From Octopus sinensis (taxonomy: Eukaryota), in the NCBI RefSeq assembly GCF_006345805.1, contig NC_042997.1, positions 68,882,001-68,946,000 of the forward strand: a stretch of DNA of 64,000 nt, in the 5' to 3' direction. Below are positions 26,112 to 40,100 of the stretch, piece after piece. The stretch's first letter is position 1; every line of letters starts with the position of its first letter. The notes below the pieces were generated by a model that was not told where the DNA came from, searched no databases, and saw only the letters and a program-made list of their open reading frames with translations. Position numbers and translations under genes: made by a program.

Positions 26112-27390
26112 CACACAGTCGCGCCAGTGTGTGCGTATGTGTGCGTGTGTGTGCGTATGTATGCGTGTGTGTGCGTATGTGTGCGTGTGTGAATACATTA
26201 GAATACCTGTTAGGTTTAGTGATACTAATAATTTGTTTTCTTTGTGCAATAAATTGTAGTTGAGTTTCCCTCAAATCATAATCTGTGGTTGACGTGCAAA
26301 AACAAAAAGGAAAAAAGTTAGTCATTGCACATTTTATCATAGGTCTGTTCGACTAGGGATGATGTAGGATATGAATAACCACAGCTATAACAGCAACAAG
26401 GAAATAATTTTACAATGGAAGCCGCGTAATATTACTTACATTTGACGTCGTACAATTTAGAATAAGAAAGAAATAACTGACAAAAATACACGTATGTGAA
26501 AAGAAACATGGATTTAAAGCAGTCTATAGAAGTTTGTATTTAAATATAAAAGACCTTTGCCCGTTTTTCTTTTAGCTTATTTTAACGTAGACTTATATCA
26601 TAAAACAGAATATTCAATGAAGATCTGTTCGTTGTTTGAACTTTAGAACGTCGATAGTATACACGATCACACGTGCACACACACTCGCCCGCGCGCACAC
26701 ACACACACACACACACAACACACAATACACACATTTTATTATTATCCATTGATCTTATCCAACCTAGCCCTCACACACCGTCCTTTTCTAAAACGCTAGC
26801 TCTTACATGCTATTCTTTTCTGAGATAGTCTCTTAAAGTTTATTAATAAACACTCTCTGAAGTCGTGCCTGGACATATTTAGATTACACCTGCTCCCGCT
26901 ATTCACCTCTCTCACATGAACAGCAACAATAAAGACCTCCAGGAAATTACATTTCACATTCATTTCAAAATGAATGTGAAATGAATACATTTCACATTCT
27001 ACTGCTACTTGATCTTCTCCAAACACCAAACAGCTCTTAACCCCTACTATACTTAGTACATAAATCTCACTTGAGTGCTCTCTGAAGTCATTGAACTAGG
27101 TCACATCTGTGGTTGTCGGTGCAGAAGCCAAATTCATTACATCATTACATCAACTCATTACATCAACTTGTTTCATCTGCTGATCTGTTTGTTAGCTACC
27201 AAACCAATATTTACTAGATCACAACGGTCTCCGAACAGAGCCTGCTCAAATCTGTCCAACACAGAAGAAGATATATATATAACTTAAAATACAAAATGGG
27301 ACAAGAACGCAAAACATCCGCACAACTAGATGATACAAAAAGGGACAACAAAACATCCACATAGACGATATCCATACACACACATAGGGT

Positions 27391-27550
27391 CAGGTACGGC
27401 AGTGTGGTAGGACGATTGCTACCCAACCACATGGCTCCGGTTTCAGTCCCACAGCGGGCACCTTGGGCAAGGGTTTTCTACTATAACCTCTGGCCGACCA
27501 AGGCTTTGCGAGCGGATTTGCTGGACGGAAACTAAAAGAAGCCCGTTGTT

Positions 27551-27581
<31 letters not shown>

Positions 27582-27832
27582 TGTGTGTGTGTTGTGTGTG
27601 TGTGTGTGTGCGTGTGTATGTTTATTTATTTGTGTTTCTCCTCCCACCATCGCTTGGCAGCCAATGCTGGTGTGTTTATGTCCCCGTCACTTAGCGTTTC
27701 GGCAAAAGAGGCAGATAAAATAAGTACTAGGCTCACAAAGAATAAGTCCTGGGGTAGATTTCTTCGACCTTTTAAGACGGTGCTGCAGCATGCTCGCAAT
27801 CAAATTACTGAAGCATTTAAAAGAAGAAAAGA
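27391..27832 (+). mobile_element. CORE-type SINE, diverged
   Basis: GCACCTTGGGCAAG, internal (TA)(TG)n, tail as in 251-638. Confidence 0.85.
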
Positions 27833-27834
<2 letters not shown>

Positions 27835-27905
<71 letters not shown>

Positions 27906-27967
27906 TAATACAGCTCTCAACACCACCTGTCTTCGTCTTTTATTGTCATTTGTGAATTCACCGTATA

Positions 27968-28030
<63 letters not shown>

Positions 28031-28310
28031 TATATATATTATATATATATATATATATATTATATATATGCATATAATTATACATATATATACATAAATA
28101 TGTACACACACACATATATATATATACATATATATATACACATATATATATGCAATTATATATATAATGCATACATATGTATATATATATATACATATAT
28201 ATAGATACATACATATATATGCATTATAAATATATATATATATATATATAATGTATATATATGTGCATATATATATATATATACGTATATATATTTATAC
28301 CCAATATACC

Positions 28311-28354
<44 letters not shown>

Positions 28355-29157
28355 GTATATATATGTGTATATATATATACATATATATATTTATACCCAA
28401 TATACCCACAGTTATATATATATATATATGTATACGTATAATTGCAGCGTGGAAGGTGTTTATAACCCATTTAAATGCATACAAAAACCGTTAGATTCAC
28501 TTCAACATTTAAATTTAATTTGCCAAATATTTTAGTTGCTTTGAGACCGTGACCTGTTCACTGACAAAATTCCGTGCTGCATCTGAGAAAGTAACAGTCA
28601 GTTTATGATATATATGTATGTATGTATGTAGTATGTATGTATGTATGTATGTATGTATGTATGTATGTATGTATGTGTATGTATGTGTGTGTAAATGTGC
28701 GTATGTATATATGTACATGGTTATGCATGTGTGCATGCCTATACGCATGTATGTATGCATGTAAGTATGTATTATGTATTTATGCATTTACATGAATATT
28801 TAGGTAAATGTGTGTGTGTATACATGTCTATCTATATGTGAACGTATGTTTATGTACTGATATGTTCCTATTCAAGTTGTATACATGATTGTTACTTTGT
28901 TGAAGGTTGTATACACACACATATACATACATATGCATATACATATGTATAGACACACACACATCTATATGTGTGTGTGTGTGTGTGTGTGCGTTTGTCC
29001 CTCTCACCACCATATAACGGTAAATGGATATAACATCTTAGATACATATAAGCACATATAACCTTACTTATACATATATACAAGTACACACAATCATATA
29101 TACACATCTCTGTAATATATATCTCCGTAATATATATAAATTATAAATATATTTATA

Positions 29158-29225
<68 letters not shown>

Positions 29226-29231
29226 TATACA

Positions 29232-29267
<36 letters not shown>

Positions 29268-29279
29268 CATGTATATATG

Positions 29280-29313
<34 letters not shown>

Positions 29314-29315
29314 AA
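27835..29315. repeat. Compound (TA)n/(ATGT)n/(TG)n low-complexity region with short repeat remnants
   Basis: Direct reading. Includes a roughly 100-bp TA-rich unit repeated at 28240-28430. Confidence 0.85.
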
Positions 29316-29919
29316 TGTATACGTGCTAACCTAGTGAATGTTTTAGAAATAGATGTTAAATGCTGTTTTCAACTGAAGATAGCAAAGCATGTTCGTCATG
29401 CAAAGCGGGAAATCAATTAATATTGAAACATGTATTACTTATCCATGTATTCTAAGCAAGGGTAAGCCTATTTTTGAAATATTTATTGCATTGCTAGTGT
29501 GTATCTTTATTGTAACTTTTATGGTGATTTTTGGAGCATTGGCTCTGATTTTAGCAAGTGGTATTATAAACCCTAACTAATCTTAAGTTACTATATATAT
29601 ATGCATGTATATATATATATATATATATATGTATGTTTGTATATATACACATATGTATGTCACAACCTAGGACCTTGAAGACTGCTTTAATGCAAGAAAG
29701 TATACTAGTCCCATAATATTTGATATTCAATATTTCATCTCTTCAGTAAGACAATCTATACTTCATTCCATTCTACTATATATACTATTTATACTATATA
29801 TTCTATATTCTACATTAATATTATAAAGAATATAAATAAACATAAAAAACAGAGTTGGAATTCCTTTGAATAATATATATCCCTCTATACACAATCATAC
29901 AAACCCCATTTTATATATA

Positions 29920-29950
<31 letters not shown>

Positions 29951-30994
29951 GATAGATATATAGATATATATATATATATATAGATATATATACATACATA
30001 TATATCTCAGACATGCTTTATCCTATACTATCAAGTTGGCCTCATAAAAGTGAAGGAGAAGAGTGGAGGAAATAGCGTATGATCTTGTAATGAGCATTTT
30101 AAAATCTGTTTCAACTTCAAGCGGTTCAGAAGTCGATAAACTTTCTTTTATGCCTCCAGTTATATATAATATGGTAAAACGTACACGCTCTGTCTAGATA
30201 ATTCATTTATCGTACGAGAAATATTACACATTTTTTAATATTTTCAATAAGTTCTTAGTTTTATTACTTTGAAGATGCCCCCTACACTATATGACCTGAA
30301 ATTATGTATATAACATATATTGTGTCATCTTTCTTTTAAAATTATTTTACTTATACCTATAGTAAATGTGTTCGTTTCCAAGAAAGATACAACCTCAATC
30401 TCTGGAATTTACCGAACAAGATTGATGAAGAAAAAATCTGGCAAACTTTTTAATATTCCATTTACAGAAAATGCAACTTAGCTCGCAACTTTATTCAAAT
30501 CTGAAAAACCGAAGTGTTTCGAGATTGCTGTTTCAATATTTATTAGCAGAGCTACATGCACCAAAAATTTCGAGCATAAATTTTTACATATTACTCTAGA
30601 TAAAACTGAAGGATTCGTTTATGTACGTATGTATGTATGTATGTATTATGTATGTATGTATGTATGTATGTATGTATGTATGTATACATGAATGTGTTTA
30701 TGCATGTATGTATGAAATAACCACTTAGTTATTTTTAAAACATCTGACTAGGAGTAAGACACTTCGATATAAAACTTAAGGATTGTTCTGGTCTGGTTGA
30801 CCTATCCACCGCTAAGCCAGCGAGAGAATATCTGTTGTATATGAAAAGTGAATCCAGTTCCGGGCTCATTTCACTCACTATAATGAATTTGACGAACAGG
30901 TTGTTCTTGGATAATACATTATAGAAAGAAACATGTAAGATTTTAAGAGGCTGGCTCACACGATAGAGTTTAACTTCGAACATGTAAGTCATAT

Positions 30995-31335
30995 GTGTAT
31001 GTATGTATGTATGTATGTATGTATGTATGTATGTATGTATGTATGTATGTATGTATGTATGTATGTATGTATGTATGTATGAATATATATGTATGTATGT
31101 ATGTGCGTGCGTGTGTGTCTGTGTGAGTGTATGCGTATACGTATGTATATATGCATGTGTCTACAAACGTTTATATATGTGTGCAGGTGTGCTTCTGCGG
31201 GTAAGTGTTTCCTTCTCTCTCTGTATATAATTGTTTAAATATTTGAATGTTTGTATGTATGAATGTATGTATGTATGTATGTATGTATGTATGTATGTAT
31301 GTATGTATGTATGTATGTATGTATGTATGTATAGA
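30995..31335. repeat. (ATGT)n arrays
   Basis: Direct reading. Confidence 0.9.
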
Positions 31336-32937
31336 TTGATGGATAGATGGATGGATATATGTATGTATGTAAATGGACGCATATATATATTTATATATAT
31401 ATGTGTGTGTGTGTGTGCATGAATGTATGTATTTTCTTAACAAGTGTAAAAAATGGAATACACTGATTTCATATCAATAATTATAGTTAATAATGAGTCT
31501 CATACCTTTCAATGTATATATAACCTGATCAAATAAGTTCTATTATATCGAACAGTCAGTTATCTTCACTCTACAGCAATTATCTTCAATCTACAGCAAT
31601 ATTTAGACATTCATAGAAAAGGAATTCGTTGTTAAACTTCCCGAGCAATATGTTGTATTGTTATGTATTTTAATGACAATATCATGTGCTCTCACAAATG
31701 GCATCCTAATATTTTCAAATCACATTCACCATACTGTAATTTTCCTATTAATTATACTAAAACTGTGAAACAAGGTTGATGCCGCTGCAGTTTTATCTTC
31801 GGTATAGTAGTTACTTACCGTCTTTGTCATATATAGGTGGTTACTTGAATGAATGAATTACAGAGTGACTATGCATAAATGAATGTTTAGAGATAAGTTT
31901 ATTTAAATAGATACTAATTCATTCCTTGTCATACAGTAAGACCCTGGCATAACCATACCGTTATATGATACAGCAATGATTACATTATCCTATTTGCCCT
32001 TTCTGTTTTTTGTAAGGTGATTTGTGATTTGAGGGAGATTCTGTTCCTATTTCAAGCAATTTAATTGATATTATAGAAGTTATATTGTTTTATTTAATGT
32101 AAAATTTAGATGTGTGTCAAAGCCCTTTTAAAATACTCAGGATAGATATATTATATGGTATAATCCACGATAGCAGATTGGTGTACATATTTGTAAATAA
32201 TTTCCTGTCTGTAATAGGAAATTGTTTTTCTAAGGAGATTTCCATTACATAGAACTAAATTGAGCTGCAACCGCATGGAATACATTTCTCATGTGAACAA
32301 GAGTGACAATGCAAAAATATTCCAACAAACATGGAGCAATTTTACAATTTACTATACGAAGTTATTGCATGCAATCGTAAAAACTGCACCAGAAACATAT
32401 ATATCGACACTGTTGCATCAGTTGAAATTTATTTTTCTGTTCTACAAAGCAGAAAAAAACTACATGGACTTGAATGTAGCTTATAACCAGTTGGTTCGTC
32501 TGGGCCACGCTGCTTGATTCTAATATGTAAGGTCAAACAGTTTAGGTAGACTGTTTAGGCATTATTAAAAAAAAAAAAAAAAAAACAAAGGCTTTATTTT
32601 TAAGATTTTATTAGAAACAAGAGTTAAACCAGTCTTGAAACACTGCCCTGAATGTTTCGCTGGTAAGAATAACATTTCTAAAATAGAGAAATTCGAAGGA
32701 TTGATTTGGTCCAACAGTAGAACTCCCGACACGTTTTACAAGAGACCTGGGTTCGAGACGTGTGGGCAGCATTCAGTTATTCTTTTCAGAGGTATTTATA
32801 ACGCAATATTTAAATGTTATTTTTTGCAACTCTATCTGCTTCGAGATAAAGTGTTCCAAAAGATTACGTTCGTTTTTCGAAGCTTATAATTCTTATGGTG
32901 TGAACAATATATTTATATGTGCGTGTGCATGTCTGTG

Positions 32938-32988
<51 letters not shown>

Positions 32989-32989
32989 G

Positions 32990-33028
<39 letters not shown>

Positions 33029-34685
33029 ATGGATGGTGCCTGCTTTCACAGCCTGTGTGCTTAGTGTATGTATGTGTGCGTTTGTTTGTGTCTATGTTTA
33101 TACAATCTTAATTATCTCTTCCGATAAGTAAATGGACTGATGTTTAATTGATATTGAAGGAGACAACTGTAACTAATTAAGGAGTAAACATATTAATGAG
33201 CAATAAATTAATCCTCCAGGTTGTAAATCTGTGTGAAACAGAGGTTTTCGAGACAATGTGTTGTTACCTTTTTTTGTTTAAATTCTTAGTTTTTGAGTTT
33301 CACAATCAGTATAAAGTAAATATCTGGTTTCACCTGCCACACCTTTAGGGGTCACATTTACAACCTGCGATTACGAACGAAATTTAAATGTGTATATCCT
33401 ACATTATTCTATTTTCATTTTCTGTAGTAGGTAATGAATCTTAGTGGTTAAATGCTTCGTATATGATGTAGCGGTTGTTGTTTTTGTTTAACGCAGAATA
33501 AGTTGGGACACGCAATCCAGTCTTTGTTGAATTTAAGACTTGTGATGGCAAAACTGAAAATAATTAAAGACCAACCTTCTTCGACATAAATAGAAGTAAA
33601 TAGACAGGCCAATTGGACTTACTACCCTGAGGTAATGGATTCGATTCCTGGAATGTAAGACCCTAGCATAGTTGGAGCATGAATAAATATTTTGTTTGTT
33701 ACAGAACCGATTGAATCATATTCCACTGTTTCGTCTCCAGACGAGTTCAAATATTAACTCGGTCAACGTTGCAAATGTCTACGAGAGAATGACTTGCTTC
33801 TTTAATGAAAATTAGGAATACTTCCGTTTTCCAATAGATATTATCCCACTAACGAACGTAGGACTCCACTTATTTAAAAATATACGGTAGGAATTCAAGA
33901 ATATTTTTACTTTCATAAGATTTTTGTAAAACTTAATCAATGGTTTAGATATACTCTCGAAACTGTTTGCGAGTAAGTCACTAACTTCTGGACATTAATT
34001 TTAGCCGTTTGGCTATTAGTCAAAATGCTAAAATTCCCTCATAACAGCCAAAAAAAGTTCATACCCTCTGTTGATTATGCTAATTCTATAATGATATTTT
34101 TAGACTCAGTCGATCATCAAGTCTGAATTCAAAAGTTAGAAAAAGGCTCCAACTTGTATGGTGAATTTCAGTGTGCCTTTAATTTAAATGAAACATTCAA
34201 AACACGAAACATATTCTTAGTCTAATGAATGATGTAATAGTGTATGGAATTAACTGTGAAAAAGAGAAAAGTTGATGTGTTAAGGCAACATAACCCAATA
34301 CGATTGGGTTTGCTGATTGATATACCCCGCTTTATTTTCTTGTGTAAAAGTAAACCTTTTCTTCGTGTTGTTGCTTTGTTTAAACATAGCTCCAAGATAT
34401 CCTAGTTTTATATCAGTTCACAGAGTACTGGGTGAGAGAGGAAATGTGAGAAAGTTGGCTCCCACGAACACAGAAATTTATTTTCTTTTCACAGGATATT
34501 TGGCAAGAACAAAAGTTGAAATGCCCGAATCTACAAATAGCCTTCAAAATACTATACTGGAATTTCAGGCTGGATTTGTATTCAGGAGCTTTGAGATTTT
34601 CGGAAAAGCCCATCTCAGCCTCCATACACAGCTCCTCATCTACCGGCCAATTTTTGTAGGCGGAATTATAGACCACATACACTTT

Positions 34686-34743
34686 GGGATTCGAAACCAG
34701 GATCTCGTGATCTTGAGTTCAACACACTTAAACAATAGGCCAC
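34686..34743 (-). mobile_element. Isolated tRNA-derived SINE head
   Basis: A-box-like GTGGCCTATTGTTTAAG and B-box-like GGTTTCGAATCCC. Confidence 0.5.
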
Positions 34744-34834
34744 GGGTCTTTACAAACAGCAGAAATATCATAGCTAAATAGTAATCGTGTATATAAATAT
34801 TTATATGCTTTTACATATGTATTTAGTGATACCT

Positions 34835-34988
34835 AGCTTGCTTACCAACCACATAATTCCGGGATCATTCCTACTGCGTAGCATCTTGGACAAGTGTATT
34901 CTAGTATAGCCTCGAGCCGACCAAAGCCTTGTGAGTGGATTTGGTAGACGGAAACTGAAAGAGGCCCGTTCTATAAATGTATATATAT

Positions 34989-35058
<70 letters not shown>

Positions 35059-35275
35059 TATATATATTTATGTTTATGTATGTGCGTGTATATGTTTGTG
35101 TCTGTGTTCGTGCCCCCAACATCACTTGACAACCGATGCTGGTGTCTTTACGTCCCCATAACATAGTGGTTCGGCAAAAGAGACCGATAGTATAAGTACT
35201 AGGCTTACAAAGAATAAGTCCCGGAGTCGATTTGCTCACCACGGCCGCAGTCAAATGACTGAAATAAGTAAAAAA
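34835..35275 (+). mobile_element. CORE-type SINE, 5'-truncated
   Basis: Matches 49431-49794, with an expanded (TA)n. Confidence 0.85.
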
Positions 35276-36846
35276 GTATATATGTGCGTGTGTGTTTCTA
35301 TCTATATATGCCAAGCCTAATCCTGTCTATCTGCATCTCCATATAGTTATACATATGTGTATGCATGTGTCGAGGTTTGGATGTGCATCTGCATATCAGT
35401 GTTTTCTGCATTGTCCACTCAAATGGAAGACTACAATTATATCTAAACATAAATTGCGTCATACTCTCACACAACTTTGCAGTTTAGCGTGGCCAATACG
35501 CTTATCAATGCCTTGAAAACTAAGTGTAGCTCAAAGAGATAAGTGATTAAAACAGATGCAAGTCCAGCCAAGTAATTAAAACGTTATGTTTGGACTTCAT
35601 GAAGTGCAGTATTTCATCCCAGTGTGTATAATCTTGAGCGAGTTTGCTTCATCATAGACTTGTGTCGACTCATGCATCTTCATTAAAATTGATTTCATGG
35701 AAGCTATATGAGAAACAGCCGAATGGATTATACCTGTACATCATCAGTGCAGCCTTTCCAAGCTTAATTTCGTACTGATTAGGCTTGAGAAATATATTAT
35801 GGATATATATATTTGGGATATATATCTCAGAGACGCATATCGCGTCTGTGGGATATGCGTTGATTTAACGACTAGGTAAAATAGTTACCATGAAACTGAA
35901 TGATCATCGATGAAACCAATAAAGGACTTATCATGAGTAGGGACACGTTACTAGAATGAACGGCATAGAATCCACTTATGAATACATCATTCAATATTTA
36001 CCCGACAGGAAATTATAATCTGTTATGAAAAATATTGAATCACATCACACTGATGACGGCTTGTCCTTTTAATGAAAGATCCTACGTCGGTTTCGACGAT
36101 GAGCTTTCAGTTTCAATTAGTGACCTAATTGTTAATTTTACGCATATTCCACTGATCCGTGTATTCCCAAAGTAATGCTCGAGTTCAATTAGCATGAAAC
36201 TGTGTAACAAGGCTGCACTATGGCGTTACAGCTACAATCCACATAAGAGGCTTCTAAACGGTTGCTTTCGATTCATTTTCACTAAAAATGCTTGGTATGA
36301 TACACGGTTATGATAGTCTATGCTTACTCAAGATTCCACACACTGGGATAGAAGACTGGACTTCATGATAACAAAACCAGCTACTTCAATATTTGTCTAC
36401 AGATGCGTATTCTTTTTACCACTCATCATGCTACATCTTGCTAAATCATGCTAAATTAATGCCTACTCTAAGGCAAAGGGGTGGTAAAAATGTTCGAAAA
36501 GCATAATATAATTCGTGTTTAAATAAATTTCTAGGCTTCTATTCCAGTAGCAATGTATGTATATACAGGCATGCACACACATAGATACAATCTCATACAT
36601 ATGGACACACACACGTGTATGCATAAGAAAATAAATAAATATTCATATATATATATATATATATACTTTATAATTAGGGTTCAGCAAAGATTTGCTTTAC
36701 CACATACCGAAGTTTAGAAATAGCAGTCAAAAAACCTAAGCTATTTCTTCTACTTTAAAAAGGGACTCCCAGAAAAACCAAAATACTTGAAAACAATCTA
36801 TGCAGGCAGAGAGGAAAAATAACGAAAATCAATCCATATCTGGTTA

Positions 36847-36931
36847 CCCATGTACGCGCGTTTCGGAATTAGATCGGTATAAAGAATATAGAATTATACT
36901 TTACCCAACCATTTTCGTTCATCAGCATGGG
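36847..36931 (-). ncRNA. Type I hammerhead ribozyme motif in a Penelope-like remnant
   Basis: CCCAUG-CUGAUGA-[stem II, imperfect]-GAAAC-GCGC-GUA-CAUGGG: perfect 6-bp stem I, palindromic ACGCGCGU stem III, GUA cleavage triplet. Confidence 0.72.
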
Positions 36932-37199
36932 ATTCCAACAATATTAAATATTAAATATTAAATTCGAAGGCACTGGAAAAATTGAATATATCTCTCCACC
37001 TAACGGTATCAGACAGATCGTATTCAGTGTTAATGTCGCCGAATTCAAAATACAAATGAAATTCATCACCTTCCCCTGTCCATCAGCGCGTGTCGCCAAA
37101 TAAGATGCTACAGAAAAAACTGTCGTTTGTTATCAGGGAGAAAAATTCCATTATCAATAATAACAAAGAGTAATCCAATAAATGTCTTAAGGCTGTATC

Positions 37200-40100
37200 A
37201 TACGCGGGGACATAGAAATAATCGGACTGAATGTCCGATCGCGCGGTTAGACCATTGGAAGTGAAGGACTCCTAGCTTTTGTTAGGGCATCCTTCTAGGA
37301 GAAGGTAACTCGGGTAACTGGGATAACTCCGACATAAAACCTGCGGCTCAGTGGTTACCGATGATGTTGACTTGTTCTTCTTTTCGGATTATGGCTGCTG
37401 TTGCTTAGTGAGTGGAATTGACTCAGTACGCAGCCTTTCCTCATTTAAAAAAAACTTCTTGCACAGGCATTGCACGACAACAACATTGATTGATTGCTTA
37501 AATTGATTAACTAATTCATGATTGTTGATGGCGCTGTGAGTCTCAACTGAATGGCTGGCTGTAGCCTTAAAAAGCAAGAAATCAATGATGTACCAAAACA
37601 GTATAAAAATTAATGGCAGAAGAGACTCTGGAACCACATAAGCTGAAAGAGTCTGGCCCAACAGGGGCTCCAGAGCATCACGGTTTGAACCCGGCCGTCA
37701 TCATGCTACTGTGATAGAACCAAAGAAAATATTGAACAGTGGCTGTTGGAATGTACTGACTCTGCTTGACCGCAAGTCCTCTGAATGTCCTGAAAGAAGG
37801 ACTGCGCTTGTTGCGAAGGAGCTTCAATGCTATGATCTTGACATCGTTGCTTTTATCTGAGACGAGATTACCTGGAGATGGTCATCTTACAGAATCTTGT
37901 GGAAAATATACATTCTTTTGGAAAGGTAGGAATGAAGAGTTTAGAGGAGAAGCTGGAGTGGCGTTTGCAGTTAAGACTACTCTTGTGGACAAGTTGGAAG
38001 AATACCCAGTCGGAATTAACGAGCGTCTTATGTCCATGAGAATTCCTTTGGTTAAAGGAAATTATATGACCTTGGTCAGTGTGTATGCTCCAACTATGTG
38101 CTATACTGATGACGAAAAACTTTCTTTCTACCATGCTTTAAAGGGTGTTATAATAAATATCCCTCGGGCAGACAAAGTCATCGTACTGGGTGACTTTAAT
38201 GCTAGAGTGGGTAGGGATTTTAACACATGGACTGTAATTGTAAAGCATGGGGTGGGGAAGTGTAAGGGTAATAGCATGCTTTTGCTGCTGATGTGTGAGG
38301 AGCTGCGTCTGTGTGTTACCAATACCATATTTCAACAAAAGAATAGGTTTAAGACTACATGGAATCACCCTGCATCTAAAGAATGGCATATTCTGGATTA
38401 TATCCTTGTTAGGGCGCGTGACAGACAGGATGTGCAGTGTGTTCGTGTTCTTCATGGAGCTGAGTGTTGGACTGACCACCGCCTAGTACGTGCAAAAGTG
38501 AAATTAGCCACAAAACATAAAATCCGAGCTGCAGGGATTACCCTGCCTAAAAGACTGAATGTTGATCGTCTTAGGTGTAATAGTGTGAAGAGAACTTTAC
38601 GGGAGGAAATGAATGCTGTAGATTTTGGGGAGGATTGGCCGACCCTTAAAAAGTCAGTTTATGATATTGGCAAGAAAGTTCTGGGATTGATACAAAGAAA
38701 GCGTCAAGATTGGTTTAAAGAAAATGATGAACATATAGATGATCCATTGAGTGATAAAAGACGTACGTTGTCAATCTATTTGTCAGCAAAGCCACAGGAA
38801 AGGGAAGTGTTGCATAGGGAACTCAAGGACGTAAAATCATGTGTGAGGCAAAGGCTCTCTCAGATGAGGGATGCGTGGTGGAGTAAGAAGGCTGACGAGA
38901 TACAGGCGGCATCAGATTCCAATAACACAAAGCTTTTGTATGGTCACTTGCGAGAAGTTTATGGACCGACGTCTTCCCTGATGACACCACTTCGAAGCAG
39001 GGATGGTAAAGAACTTCTTCGTGATTCACAAGGAATTCTGCGAAGGTGGCAAGAACACTTTGATGAACTTTTGAATCAGCAGTCTATGTTAGTGAGGATG
39101 TTCTCAATCTCACCCATGGATTGCCTGTGACGGCAGCACTCGCAGAACCACCAAAGTTGGAAGAAGTTGTAATCGCTGTCTCAAGGTTGAATAATGAGAA
39201 GTCTCCGGGTATGGATGGCATACATGCGGAGTTGTTACAGCATGGTGGTGAGAAACTTCTGCAGAAACTTCACTCTTTGTTTGGTAAGATATGGACTAGT
39301 GAATCTGTACCTGAGGACTGGAGAGATACAGTTATTGAGGTTCTGTATAAGGGAAAGGGTAACAGGAATGATTGTGGTAATTATAGGGGAGTATCATTGC
39401 TGTCTGTCGTAGGAAAGGTTTTATGCAGGGTACTTCTGGATCCTCTGCTGAAATACGTTGCAGGTTGTGTTCTTCCAGAAAGTCAATCTGGCTTTCGTGT
39501 GGGACGTGGCACTGCTGATATGATCTTTTCAACTAGACAGCTTCAGGATAAGTGTGTGGAACAGGGTCTGGATTTGTATCAGGTTTTTGTCGATCTGACA
39601 AAAACCTTTGATACTGTCTATAGAAAAGCATTGTAGAAAGTCTTTCAGAAACTTGGGTGTCCTGAAAGGTTCCTTGCTTTGGTTAGGTCTTTTCATGAAG
39701 ACATGAATGGTAGGGTAAATGTTAGAGGGAAAATGTCGAAACCCATTTCAATACAAAATGGAGTGAAACAGGGGGATATTCTGGCACCTACACTATTTTC
39801 CATATATTTTGCGATGGTGTTCTGTATTGCATTCAGAAACTGCAAATGCGGTGTTTACATCCATTATCGAACCTCTGGCAGCATATTTAATATCAGGCGC
39901 TTTGCTGCAAAAACAAAGATATTTACCTCTATCATAAGAGACCTTTTGTATGCAGATGATTGTGAGCTAGTAGCACACACAGAGATTGATATGCAACACA
40001 TTTTTAATGCATTCTCTGATGCTTGCACTGCCTTACGATTGACAGTCAATCTCAAGAAAACTGTTGTCATGCATCAACCTGCCCCTGGTAAGCAGTATAG

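Noticed and set aside
29389-29580. 63-aa ORF with a C..PC motif and a hydrophobic C-terminus
   Set aside because: No convincing acceptor or partner exons. Hydrophobic ORFs arise easily in T-rich DNA.
34317-34781. 154-aa ORF with an internal acceptor-like site at 34494
   Set aside because: No recognisable domain, the 3' part overlaps an antisense SINE head, and there is no matching donor.
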